Positions 17,912 through 18,104 of a stretch of 18,104 nt of DNA are shown in pieces. Within the stretch, counting starts at the first letter, position 1. Each line of letters starts with the position of its first letter. The DNA is from Okeania sp. Lineage in GTDB: Bacteria; Cyanobacteriota; Cyanobacteriia; Cyanobacteriales; Microcoleaceae. The notes beneath the pieces were generated by a model. That model had not been told where the DNA came from and did no database searches. It worked only from the letters and a program-made list of their open reading frames with translations. The stretch lies in the NCBI RefSeq assembly GCF_035285525.1, contig NZ_JAYKGW010000069.1:1-18104 (forward strand), read 5' to 3'. The translations under genes and the position numbers were made by a program.

Positions 17912-18049
17912 GAAACTTTAGAAGAAATAGAAGAAAATGAATCAAGTCATTTAAAGAATGAAGAAAAAAATTCTGGGGATAATAATTCTGAAGTTCTAGA
18001 AACTGAAGTATCTCCACTTGATGATTTACGGCAAAAATTTAATCAGTAA
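17912..18049 (+). pseudogene. Start-less orphan tail cassette encoding ETLEEIEENESSHLKNEEKNSGDNNSEVLETEVSPLDDLRQKFNQ*
   Basis: Open frame runs from just after the TGA at 17909-17911 to the TAA at 18047-18049. It has no ATG/GTG/TTG start in frame and no KGK core. A G-to-T change relative to the intact copy creates the earlier stop. Confidence 0.55.
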
Positions 18050-18104
18050 AATCAGTAGAAACTTTCTAGGAGAAAATTGATTTGTGCAGGAGATTTTTCC
18101 CAGT
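17978..18104 (+). repeat. Direct repeat copy 2; runs to the window edge
   Basis: GATAATAATTCTGAAGTTCTAGAAACTGAAGTATCTCCACTTGATGATTTACGGCAAAAATTTAATCAG... matches 17719 onward. Confidence 0.9.

Overview
AT-rich cyanobacterial chromosomal segment. Supporting signs are 7 perfect HIP1 octamers (GCGATCGC at 145, 1928, 6471, 7087, 8431, 13198, 15312) and heptamer/nonamer STRR-type tandem repeats typical of filamentous, heterocyst-forming lineages. I support eight genes: (1) a 982-aa membrane protein with an M48/HtpX-like fold, a degenerate metal site and a repeat-expanded disordered N-terminus; (2) a class-II RRM RNA-binding protein; (3, 4) the crtP(pds)-crtB carotenoid operon on the minus strand; (5, 6) a DnaK paralog with an unusual tail and a zinc-finger-less DnaJ, a dnaK3/dnaJ3-like pair; (7) an 830-aa bacterial dynamin-like GTPase; (8) a small KGK-domain gene that appears split by a frameshift in an A8 run. 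About one third of the window is non-coding and full of repeats: a MITE-like family, STRR arrays placed directly after stop codons, a ~280-bp tandem non-coding array, long palindromic elements, and orphan terminators. The best candidate for something undescribed is the dynamin-like GTPase / KGK module. The two otherwise unrelated proteins end in the same ~11-25 aa peptide (EVSPLDDLRQK). Between them it is conserved only at the protein level, with 5 synonymous and 0 non-synonymous changes. A third, start-less copy of the tail plus its 3' flank follows as an orphan cassette that runs off the window end. All calls come from reading the sequence and from remembered family motifs. No database search was possible.
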